From Acidothermaceae bacterium (GTDB taxonomy: Bacteria > Actinomycetota > Actinomycetes > Acidothermales > Acidothermaceae): DNA of 41,732 bases. The notes under the pieces are model-generated. The model made no database searches. It saw nothing but the letters and a program-made list of their open reading frames with translations, and was not told where the DNA came from. Shown piece by piece: positions 24,510 to 32,586 of the stretch. The first letter of the stretch is position 1. Each line of letters starts with the position of its first letter. The position numbers and the translations under genes are program-made. The stretch is from positions 1 to 41,732 of the forward strand of contig DASRZB010000223.1 of the NCBI GenBank assembly GCA_035653855.1. The letters are read 5' to 3'.

Positions 24510-25883
24510 GTGATCGGGATTCTCGGGCCCCGCGACTCCGTCGCCCTCGCCCAACAGGTCGCCGAGAAGCTTGGGCGTTCGGCGGACATGTTGACGCTGG
24601 CGTACCAGCACGTCGACGAAGCAATCGACCTCGCCCGCTCGCTCGAGCCGATGTGTGAGGTGCTGCTGTTCACCGGTGCCGTGCCTTTCGAAAGCGCCAA
24701 GCGGGCCGGAACGTGGCAGTGCGAGCTGGATGTCATCCGGCACTCGCAGGCAGACCTCTATCGCATGATCGGCTTGATCCTCAAGGAGACCGGCGGCAAG
24801 TTCCCGCGGGTCAGCGTCGACAGCCTGGACTTCGACGCTGTCCATCGGGTATTCGCGGACATGGATCTCCCGATCCCCGAGGTCATCATCCCGGTCGTCG
24901 ACGAGGAAGGCGCCTTCGTCTTCGAAGACGTCGAAGGCACCGCTCGCGCCCACTTGGCTGCGCTCGAACGCGGAGATGTTGACGCCGTATTGACGTGTCT
25001 CGACGGCACGCGTCGGTTACTGGTCGCTGCAGGCGCAACCACGTGGCGTATCGACCACGCGTGGGTCACCATCGTCGAGGCGCTTCGGCGCGCGTGGCTC
25101 GCATCCGAAGTCAAGAAGACCAAGGGTAGTTCGATCGCCATCGCCTTGCTGAAGTCGGAGGTAGCTGCGGGGCGTGGCAAATCGAGTGCGACGCGGGCAT
25201 CGATCGATCGGGCAGTCGCCACGCACGCGCGTCGCATGGGGTCACGATTTGTGGTCGACGACGGCCGCTACCTGGTCATGACGACTCAGGCGGCCATCGA
25301 GAAGATGCTCGATCAATACCGCAACGGCCAGAAGTCGCTCGTCGACTTGGCCACCAAGCCGCCGGCCGGCATGACGACGATCCTGGGCGTCGGCTTCGGT
25401 GATACCTTCGCCACTGCTCTCGACTCTGCTGAGAAGGCGTTCCAGATTTCGGGGAGCTCTCACCAACCTGCTTTGGTCCGCGGAAACGGCACCGTGGAGT
25501 CGTTCGTCGATGGGGCTCAGCCCGGGATCAGTTTGCAGGAAACGTCGGACGCGATTCTCAAGCTCGCCGCCCAGACCGGACTTGGGCCACTGTCGCTGCG
25601 CCGATTGATTGCGGCGCTCGGCCGGACTGACTACACCGCTGTCACGGCGCAGCAACTGGCCGAGTTCTACGGAGTCATGCCGAGATCTGCACGAAGGATG
25701 CTGGGTCGGCTGGCCGCGGCCGGATACGCACGCGAAGCTGGTATCCGCGGCTCGGTCGGCGCAGGGCGTCCGCACGTCCTGTATGACGTCGACCTGCCGA
25801 GACTCGGTCAGATCATCGCATCTAACGCCACCGGGGCCCGGCCGCAGAAACCAGACAGACCATCTGGCGGACGTACGCGGTGA
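24510..25883 (+). CDS. putative transcriptional regulator with unassigned N-terminal/middle domains and a C-terminal winged-helix HTH (457 aa)
   Basis: The C-terminal stretch LSLRRLIAALGRTDYTAVTAQQLAEFYGVMPRSARRMLGRLAAAGYAREAG...RPHVLYDV looks like a MarR/IclR-type wHTH. The N-terminal ~300 aa (MIGILGPRDSVALAQQ...LLFTGAVPF...; ...ILGVGFGDTFATALDSAEKAF) match nothing I can name. The middle part is faintly like the GGDEF-like sensor domain of PucR/CdaR regulators. GTG start 30 nt after E1-beta; GTGA overlap with the downstream aminotransferase gene. Confidence 0.55.
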   Translation: MIGILGPRDSVALAQQVAEKLGRSADMLTLAYQHVDEAIDLARSLEPMCEVLLFTGAVPFESAKRAGTWQCELDVIRHSQADLYRMIGLILKETGGKFPRVSVDSLDFDAVHRVFADMDLPIPEVIIPVVDEEGAFVFEDVEGTARAHLAALERGDVDAVLTCLDGTRRLLVAAGATTWRIDHAWVTIVEALRRAWLASEVKKTKGSSIAIALLKSEVAAGRGKSSATRASIDRAVATHARRMGSRFVVDDGRYLVMTTQAAIEKMLDQYRNGQKSLVDLATKPPAGMTTILGVGFGDTFATALDSAEKAFQISGSSHQPALVRGNGTVESFVDGAQPGISLQETSDAILKLAAQTGLGPLSLRRLIAALGRTDYTAVTAQQLAEFYGVMPRSARRMLGRLAAAGYAREAGIRGSVGAGRPHVLYDVDLPRLGQIIASNATGARPQKPDRPSGGRTR

Positions 25884-27259
25884 GCAGCGAGTCTGATGGG
25901 CACGCGGCTCGTCGTGATTTTGGAGCAGCACCAGTCGAGGCGCGCTGGGCTCGATCGGCGCAGGCTTGGGAACGTGCGAAGGCGGTCTTGGGTGGGGGAG
26001 TCAGCACCGGTCTTCGCGCGTCGATGCGGCCACATCCGCTCTTCTTCGAGCGAGGTGAGGGTTCTCGAATTTGGGACGTTGACGGTCACTCGTACCTCGA
26101 CTATGTGCTTGGTTGGGGCCCGCTCATCCTCGGGCACTCCCACCCGAGTCTCGTGGCGGCGGTCGGTCGCCAACTAAGACTTGGGCAGACCTTCGGTGCG
26201 GGTCATCGCGCAGAGTACGAGGTGGCTGAGCAACTTTGCGCGGCGATACCTGGTGCCGAGAAGGTTCTCTGGTCGAATACCGGATCGGAAGCGAACCAGA
26301 TTGCGTTGCGTCTCGCGCGAGCAGCGACGGGGCGGGTGCGGTTCATTAAGTTTTGGGGTCACTACCACGGGTGGTCTGACTCGATGCTCTTCGGCTACCG
26401 CCCGAGCGCGGATGGCTCGTTGGAAGGACTAGCGTCCAAGGGGCAGCATCCAGGTGGACTGGACGATGTGATCTTAGTTCCGTGGAACGATCTCGATGCT
26501 GTGCGCGCGGCGCTTGCTGCAGGGTCAGATTCCATCGCGGCAATCTTTGCGGAACCAGTGCTATGCAATTCGGGCGTCATCGCGCCGGCACCGGGCTTTC
26601 TAGATGGTTTGCGCAAGTTGTGCGATTCCTACGGCGCATTACTCGTTTTCGATGAGGTGATCACCGGGTTCCGAGTTGCCTACGGCGGGGGAAGTGAACG
26701 TTATGGCGTGCCCGCTGACTTGGTGGTGCTCGCCAAGGCGATTGGCGCTGGGTTGCCTCTTGCAGCTGTTGCCGGGCGTGCCGACCTGATCGACCTCACC
26801 ACGAAGGGTGTGGTGCACGCAGGAACTCACAATGGCGGCCCACTGGTGCTCGCCGCAGCTTCAGTGACGCTCACTGAACTTGCACGCCCGGGCATCTACT
26901 CAACTTTCGAACAGCGAGCCGCACGCTTGGTATCAGGGATCCGCGACAGTTTCGAGCGGCACGGCGTCCTAGGCGCCGCCCACCATGTCGGGCCCGTGGT
27001 GCAGGTTGCGCCGGGCATTGCCAGTGTCGGGTCTTTCTCGGACTACTTGTGCGCCGACTGGGATTGGTATGACGCACTGACGATTCAGCTGCTTCAGCGC
27101 GGAGTATTCAACCTGCCGGGTGGGCGTTGGTACATCTCGACGGCACACACCGCCGAACAGATCGACGAAACGGTTGAAGCGTTCGACGACGCCGTTGAAG
27201 CGACAACTAACGGAGTCGGCCTGCCTCAGGCGAGTCCATTGCGCGGCGCACGGTTCTAA
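25880..27259 (+). CDS. class-III PLP aminotransferase (glutamate-1-semialdehyde aminomutase-like subgroup)
   Basis: GGVSTGLRA...HPLFFERGEGSRIWDVDGHSYLDYVLGWGPLILGHSHP...FDEVITGFR...LAKAIGAGLP is the typical GSA-AM/class-III pattern. Confidence 0.85.
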   Translation: MSSESDGHAARRDFGAAPVEARWARSAQAWERAKAVLGGGVSTGLRASMRPHPLFFERGEGSRIWDVDGHSYLDYVLGWGPLILGHSHPSLVAAVGRQLRLGQTFGAGHRAEYEVAEQLCAAIPGAEKVLWSNTGSEANQIALRLARAATGRVRFIKFWGHYHGWSDSMLFGYRPSADGSLEGLASKGQHPGGLDDVILVPWNDLDAVRAALAAGSDSIAAIFAEPVLCNSGVIAPAPGFLDGLRKLCDSYGALLVFDEVITGFRVAYGGGSERYGVPADLVVLAKAIGAGLPLAAVAGRADLIDLTTKGVVHAGTHNGGPLVLAAASVTLTELARPGIYSTFEQRAARLVSGIRDSFERHGVLGAAHHVGPVVQVAPGIASVGSFSDYLCADWDWYDALTIQLLQRGVFNLPGGRWYISTAHTAEQIDETVEAFDDAVEATTNGVGLPQASPLRGARF

Positions 27260-27282
27260 GGGACGACGATAAGGAGCATCCT

Positions 27283-28746
27283 GTGCGGTTCGCCATCGCG
27301 GGCATTCACCATGAATCGAACACGTTCGCTCCGTCAGTCACAGGCGCTGGTGCCTTCGTGAGCCAATGGGGCGATGACATCCGGCTGGCGCACGAGGGAG
27401 CTCAGTCGACCATCGCCGGGTACCTGGCGGAGTGTCGCGCGAACGCCGTTGACGCCGTACCTCTCGTGTTCGCCCAGGCAACCCCGAGTGGCACCATAAC
27501 TGCGGATGCCTTCGAGTTGATGTTGGGTCAACTGGTCGACCTGCTGACCGCCGATGAATGGCACGGTGTCCTCCTAGCACTCCATGGGGCAGCAGTGTCG
27601 GAAGACTTTCCCGATGCTGATGGCGAGATCCTGCGCCGGGTCCGCGAGGCGGTTGGGCCAACGACGCCCGTGGTTGCTGCGCTCGATATGCATGCCAACG
27701 TCAGTCGCGCGATGCTAGAAGCCTCAACTGCCCTCGTGACTTACCGCACGAACCCACACGTTGACGCGGCGGCTCGGGCGGCAGAAGCGGCTCATATAGC
27801 GATCGCGGCTGCTCAAGGCTTTGTTCAGCCGATGCAAAGCCTCGTCATGATCCCGATAGCCCTGAACATCCTTCGACAAAACACGTCCCAGGAGCCTTTG
27901 CATTCGCTACTCCAGCGCCTCGACGATGTTCTTACGCGGCCCGGCATCTTGTCGGCGAGTATCGCGGAGGGTTACCCATACGCGGACGTCCCAGAGATGG
28001 GCATGTCGGTAGTGGTGGTAGCAGATGGCGATCAGGATCTCGCATCGGCCACTGCGGACGAACTCGCCGCGCACGTATGGTCAAGGCGAGGGGAACTCGA
28101 CGCGGTGGCGGTTTCGGTGCGTGCCGCGTTGGTCGGCCTGATGGATGGGAAGGGCGGTCCCGTTCTGCTCCTAGATGTCGGTGACAACATCGGCGGGGGA
28201 GCGCCTGGCGACTCGGTAGTGATCTTGCATGAAGCCTTGCGCTTAGGCTTCGCCGGCCTCTTCATGGTCCTATTTGCCCCTGACGCCGTGCGGGTGTGCG
28301 AACAGGCGGGGCCAGGGGTGACGGTCACACTCCGGATGGGTGCCGCCACCGATCCCTCGATCGGACCGCCGCTGACCGTCGACGCAACGGTGCTGTCGTT
28401 GAACGATGGTCAATTCGAAGACTCCACCCCTACGCACGGCGGACAACGGTACTTCGATGCCGGTCGGACCGCCGTGGTTGAACTCCAAGGCGGCATCACA
28501 TTAGCCCTTACGAGCCGCGCAATCATTCCCGCGAGTCGTGTACAGATGACTAGTCTCGGACTGGATCCATCGCGCTTTCGAGCAATCGTCGCGAAGGGCG
28601 TTAACTCACCGTTGGCCGGTTATTCATCGATCGCCGCGGAGGTACTCGTGCTCGATACACCTGGCTGCGCGGCTGCCGACCTGTCTCGCCTCCGCTACCA
28701 GCACCGTCGCGTGCCTATGCATCCGCTCGATGCCGTCGCGGAGTAG
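27283..28746 (+). CDS. M81-family metallopeptidase (MlrC / microcystinase C-like, DUF1485 N-terminal domain)
   Basis: MRFAIAGIHHESNTFAP...LHGA..., 487 aa, is the typical MlrC N-terminal signature. AAGGAG lies 6 nt upstream of GTG 27283. Confidence 0.75.
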   Translation: MRFAIAGIHHESNTFAPSVTGAGAFVSQWGDDIRLAHEGAQSTIAGYLAECRANAVDAVPLVFAQATPSGTITADAFELMLGQLVDLLTADEWHGVLLALHGAAVSEDFPDADGEILRRVREAVGPTTPVVAALDMHANVSRAMLEASTALVTYRTNPHVDAAARAAEAAHIAIAAAQGFVQPMQSLVMIPIALNILRQNTSQEPLHSLLQRLDDVLTRPGILSASIAEGYPYADVPEMGMSVVVVADGDQDLASATADELAAHVWSRRGELDAVAVSVRAALVGLMDGKGGPVLLLDVGDNIGGGAPGDSVVILHEALRLGFAGLFMVLFAPDAVRVCEQAGPGVTVTLRMGAATDPSIGPPLTVDATVLSLNDGQFEDSTPTHGGQRYFDAGRTAVVELQGGITLALTSRAIIPASRVQMTSLGLDPSRFRAIVAKGVNSPLAGYSSIAAEVLVLDTPGCAAADLSRLRYQHRRVPMHPLDAVAE

Positions 28747-28859
28747 TTGCTTGCTGCAGGCGCCTAAACGGCCCCAACTAGGTCAGCCCCTTGACGGCAT
28801 TGCAGTTGTCCCCGTCATGTATTTGCCCGAGCACTGCTGCCCAAGGTTGGCGACGGTTC

Positions 28860-30155
28860 TCAGTAGGTCTTGCGGCCTTTCAGGAATACCCTTTGGGGCC
28901 GCCGGAGCGTGGTGATGTCCAGGCCGGGATTGCCTACTGTCAGAAGGAAACTCGCCTCGGCGCCAACCGCGATCGAAGCGACGAAGCCGGCATTGCCAAG
29001 CGCCTCGGCCGCGCCCTGTGTGGCGGCGTAGATCGCTTCGCTGCCGGTCATTCCCGACTGCATCAGCAGTTCGAGTTCGCGGACGATTGTCAGTCCGCCG
29101 AACGGCATGTCGGTGCCGACGACGACCTTGCCACCACGTGCCCTGAATCGCCGGATCCATTCCAGCCGGCTCTCGATCGAGCGTGCCATGTCAATGCGGG
29201 TCTGCTCGGCCCAGCCGTCTTCTATGAGTGCTCGAAACGCCTTGTAGGCCAGCAGGTCGGACTCATCAAACCAAGATTCCCACCGTGGATCCCTGCGAAC
29301 GATGTCCTCTCCGTAGCCGGCTTGGAACTCGTGGGCCACCAGGGTGGGGCAATACGTCACGCCGTTGTCGACCATCGCGTCGAGGATTCGTTCTGTGCTC
29401 GGCCAATCGACGTCCGCCCAGGCACGAGCCCAGGTGGCCAGTCGCTCACCTACCGACTTGTACGCCAGCATCTCTTCTTGCGAAACCGTTCGGCTGGCAA
29501 ACACGCGTGAACTGTTGTCGAGCTGGTCGATCCCTGCCAGCGACGCTTCGATGCCGTCGGCCGCCCAGACCTGGCCCACCACTGGAAGGCCAGCCGCGTG
29601 TGCCTCGTTCACGATTGCGGATATGAAGCTCTGCGGAGCGCCCTGGGTGACGATGAGAGCGTCGACCTCGCCGGAGGAGATGAGTGAACGCGCCGCATCG
29701 GCCGCTTCACGGGGTGACCGGACGACCGTCGTCCACTCGGGATACGCGGGCTCGACGCTGTCAAGCATCGGACCGCAGCTCGAGATACCCAGCGGCCATG
29801 CAGAATCGACGGTCGTCTGTGCGCGCGCCGTACGGACCGTCGCTACATCGAGGCCGGCGAAGCGAATGTGCCGGATGCCCGCCTTCGCGTAGGCCGCGAT
29901 GTCGCTTTCCCGGGCGCTGTGGACGTGGATGTCGACGAGTGAGGGCACCGCGACGAGGCCAGTCGCGTCGAGAATCTCGGTGCCAGGCACCGGCTCCAGC
30001 GCTTGATCGATGTCGGAAATGACGCCGTCCGCGACGGCGATATCGACGACCGGGCCTAGCTCACCTGAGGTATCGAAGATTCGCACACCGCGCACCAGCC
30101 ATGAACTCGTTCCATCGTTCGCCACGTCAGTCGTGACCGACTGCCAGCCCGCCAT
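28860..30155 (-). CDS. amidohydrolase-superfamily metal-dependent hydrolase
   Basis: WLVRGVRIFD...AVPSLVDIHVHS (HxH metal motif) ...VVGTDMPFGG.... The start is uncertain: ATG 30155, TTG 30164 or GTG 30125, the last lying 1 nt after the SDR stop. Confidence 0.75.
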   Translation of the reverse strand: MAGWQSVTTDVANDGTSSWLVRGVRIFDTSGELGPVVDIAVADGVISDIDQALEPVPGTEILDATGLVAVPSLVDIHVHSARESDIAAYAKAGIRHIRFAGLDVATVRTARAQTTVDSAWPLGISSCGPMLDSVEPAYPEWTTVVRSPREAADAARSLISSGEVDALIVTQGAPQSFISAIVNEAHAAGLPVVGQVWAADGIEASLAGIDQLDNSSRVFASRTVSQEEMLAYKSVGERLATWARAWADVDWPSTERILDAMVDNGVTYCPTLVAHEFQAGYGEDIVRRDPRWESWFDESDLLAYKAFRALIEDGWAEQTRIDMARSIESRLEWIRRFRARGGKVVVGTDMPFGGLTIVRELELLMQSGMTGSEAIYAATQGAAEALGNAGFVASIAVGAEASFLLTVGNPGLDITTLRRPQRVFLKGRKTY

Positions 30156-30882
30156 CGACGACAAGTTGCACGCCGGTGATGTACGAGGCTTCGTCGGATA
30201 GCAAGAACGCCGCGGCGGCCGCGACTTCGGACGCGAGGCCGATACGCCGTGCGGGAATCGTCGCGGAGATCTCGTCCCACTCTTCAGGCCGCTCGAGTTG
30301 GCTACGGAACAGTGGCGTATCGACGATCCCCGGCAGGATGGTGTTGACGCGAACCCCTGACGCTGCGACTTCCTGCGAAAAACTGGTCATAGCGGCGTGC
30401 AGCGCAGCCTTTGACGACGCATAAATGGCGTCACGTGGTTCGGGACGAAGACCCGCGACGCTGCCGATAGCCACCAGCGAGCCTCGACCAGCCGCACGGA
30501 ATCGAGAGAGCATCAGGGCTGCCAACAGCGTTGCACCGTGCACGTTGACGGCGTGGATCTCCTCCATGAGCTCGGCGGTCACATCGCCCATCGCGACCAA
30601 GCCCGGATGGACGCCGGCCACGATGCAGATTGCCTCTGGCTGACCCCAGTCATCGATGCGCCCGACCAGACGCTCGACAGACCGCGAGTCGCCCTGCTCA
30701 TACGTCTCAAGTGCCAAGGTCTGCGCGCTAGCGAAGGCGGCGGTCGACTGCCGAAGCAGTACTTCATCACGATCGGCCAGAAGCAGGATCGCGCCGTCCG
30801 CGTCAAGCCGCTCCGCTACCGCCGCGCCGATCCCACGGGAGGCGCCGCACACGACAATGCGCCGACCTTCGATCCCTCTCAT
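30127..30882 (-). CDS. short-chain dehydrogenase/reductase (SDR)
   Basis: I prefer ATG 30882-30880 (MRGIEGRRIVVCGASRGIGAA), which forms an ATGA overlap with the CGNR gene stop. Contains YASSKAAL (YxxxK). Confidence 0.85.
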   Translation of the reverse strand: MRGIEGRRIVVCGASRGIGAAVAERLDADGAILLLADRDEVLLRQSTAAFASAQTLALETYEQGDSRSVERLVGRIDDWGQPEAICIVAGVHPGLVAMGDVTAELMEEIHAVNVHGATLLAALMLSRFRAAGRGSLVAIGSVAGLRPEPRDAIYASSKAALHAAMTSFSQEVAASGVRVNTILPGIVDTPLFRSQLERPEEWDEISATIPARRIGLASEVAAAAAFLLSDEASYITGVQLVVDGGLAVGHD

Positions 30883-31445
30883 CGACTGGCCATCTCTTCG
30901 GCACGCTGTCGGTCGCGGTAAGCGGCGGCGTGTACTCGATTGCCGCATGTGCGGCTGTCGCAATAGGCCCGGGAGCGGTTCTTCGAGTTGTCCACCATGA
31001 CGCGATTGCAGTTGGGAGCACCGCAGATCCGTAGCCGATTCGCCTCACCGGAGGCTAACAACACGGCGAGCGCCATCGCGCAGTCGGCATTGATGTGTTC
31101 GGACAGCGATGCATACGGCGGGAAGAAGTGAAAATGAATACCGAAGCCATCGTGGACGACGAGCCGCGGCTCAATCGATGCCGACGCCAGTGTTTGGTTG
31201 ACGAGCGCAATCTTGGTCTCCTCATCGGGAGCAGCGAAGATGGCGAAGAGTCGGCGGCGCACGGTGTGGAGGGTGGCGAGGTCCGCTTGCGTCGGTGGAC
31301 CGACCTCCGTGATCGACCGACTCTCGACGAATGCTCGAACCGCATCGACGGTGCCGAGCTCCTCGGTGGACGCGATGTGTGGGCTGGTATTGATCAGGGC
31401 CGTCAGGGTGCTCAAGATCTGGTCAAGGTGATGCAGCGGACCCAT
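30879..31445 (-). CDS. CGNR zinc-finger (ABATE + zf-CGNR) putative regulatory protein
   Basis: The C-terminus is RICGAPNCNRVMVDNSKNRSRAYCDSRTCGNRVHAAAYRDRQ, the CGNR signature. I prefer ATG 31445 (MGPLHHLDQ..., 188 aa), 16 nt after the creatininase-family stop. Confidence 0.8.
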   Translation of the reverse strand: MGPLHHLDQILSTLTALINTSPHIASTEELGTVDAVRAFVESRSITEVGPPTQADLATLHTVRRRLFAIFAAPDEETKIALVNQTLASASIEPRLVVHDGFGIHFHFFPPYASLSEHINADCAMALAVLLASGEANRLRICGAPNCNRVMVDNSKNRSRAYCDSRTCGNRVHAAAYRDRQRAEEMASR

Positions 31446-31461
31446 CGTCAGGTCACTTCCT

Positions 31462-32238
31462 TCAGGCCGACCGATGAAACGCAATGATGAAGTCCGCAAC
31501 GCTCTCAACGACGCCGGCAAGTACGCGGCTTCCGAGCTCGGCGTCGGCCAGCCGAGCATCGTCTGTACGACCGTCGCTGGATTCCCACAGATCCGGACGA
31601 CGGATGTGCGCTCCGGGGTGCTCCGCAACGCCGAGAGGGGTGGTGGGTTCGGCGTCGGCTGCTCGTTCATCGAGGCGAACCATCTCGGGGAAGAGTGCCA
31701 ACATGATCGATGTTTCGAAATGGCCTGCGTGGCCCGGCATGAGCCCGGGTGGCAGATCGACGGTCTCGAGAAAACTCGCGGCCAACGTCCAATACGAGCC
31801 CACGGCGACATGGACATCGAGCTGCAGCTCATAGCCAAGGCGGTCGGCAGCCAACCGTGCGGCGGCTTCGTTTCCACCGTGTCCGTTCAAGAGAACGACG
31901 CGCCGGAATCCCTCGACAGACAACGTGGTCACAATGTCGGTCAGTACGTTCAGGTACGTCGTCGAGCTGAGGCTTATGGTGCCGCCGAACGGAACGTGAT
32001 GGTGGGCGAATCCAAAAGGCAGGGTTGGCGCCAGCAGGACTGGCTCATGTGCTGCCGCGAGCTCGACGGCTCGCTCCGCGATAGCGGTGACGATTGCGGC
32101 ATCGGTACGAACCGGTAGGTGGTGCGCATGCTGCTCAGTCGAGCCGAGCGGGACCACGACGGTCGCTACGGAGGCGAGCTGGCGAAGGTTGTCGCGCGTC
32201 AGTGAGTCGAAGCGCCAGACGTGATCGGCTATCGCCAC
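31462..32238 (-). CDS. creatininase-family amidohydrolase (creatinine amidohydrolase / MftE-like fold)
   Basis: VVVPLGSTEQHAHHLPVRTDA...VLLNGHGGN... is the creatininase-family pattern. GTG start with GGGGG about 7 nt upstream. Confidence 0.8.
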   Translation of the reverse strand: MAIADHVWRFDSLTRDNLRQLASVATVVVPLGSTEQHAHHLPVRTDAAIVTAIAERAVELAAAHEPVLLAPTLPFGFAHHHVPFGGTISLSSTTYLNVLTDIVTTLSVEGFRRVVLLNGHGGNEAAARLAADRLGYELQLDVHVAVGSYWTLAASFLETVDLPPGLMPGHAGHFETSIMLALFPEMVRLDERAADAEPTTPLGVAEHPGAHIRRPDLWESSDGRTDDARLADAELGSRVLAGVVESVADFIIAFHRSA

Positions 32239-32254
32239 GGGTTACCCCCAATCC

Positions 32255-32299
32255 TGGATATCGCCGTTATGGATATCGACCTCATGGATATCGCCGGAA
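32255..32299 (-). promoter_or_regulatory. three 15-bp-period direct repeats (TGGATATCGnC) carrying operator core copy D
   Basis: The units are TGGATATCGCCGTTA, TGGATATCGACCTCA and TGGATATCGCCGGAA. Read on the minus strand the block is ...TGAGGTCGATATCCATAACGGCGATATCCA. It shares TGAGGTC and ATAACGGC(G/T)AT with the 36-bp element, in the same order. It lies 17 nt upstream of the creatininase-family start codon. Confidence 0.55.
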
Positions 32300-32586
32300 A
32301 CTACGTGCGTCAGGACCAACGCCCGTGATCGCTCCGACACTGTAGGAGCCGCAGTCACTATCGTCAAGGAAGACGCTAAGCGTCGTCTGAACCTGGATTC
32401 GATAACGAACCGAGCACGGATCTACGAGACCGGCTCTGAACGCTTGACGGCCGCGGCTCTCGACTTCTACCGTCTGCGCAGGTGCATAGCCCCTTATGCC
32501 CCTGATGCGGTCGGGCGTCAATGGTGCCCTCTCATCACCGCAGAGCCGCTGTATCCCGACTACTGGACTCAGCTGAAAGGCTGCAC

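Noticed and set aside
23703-24953. 416-aa minus-strand ORF
   Set aside because: It is antisense to E1-beta and the wHTH regulator gene. No recognisable domain; a shadow ORF.
28747-28859. Search for an intrinsic terminator in the convergent gap after the MlrC-like gene
   Set aside because: The only candidate is a weak 6-8 bp stem (TGACGG...CCGTCA, 28792-28817) with a 14-nt loop and a poor T-tract. This is not convincing.
28791-29510. 239-aa plus-strand ORF
   Set aside because: It overlaps the minus-strand amidohydrolase gene, which carries the HxH motif and better GC3 bias.
31462-32238. Creatininase-family gene as an MftE marker of a mycofactocin or other RiPP cluster
   Set aside because: There is no radical-SAM (MftC), MftB or short precursor peptide gene nearby. 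The neighbours are catabolic enzymes.
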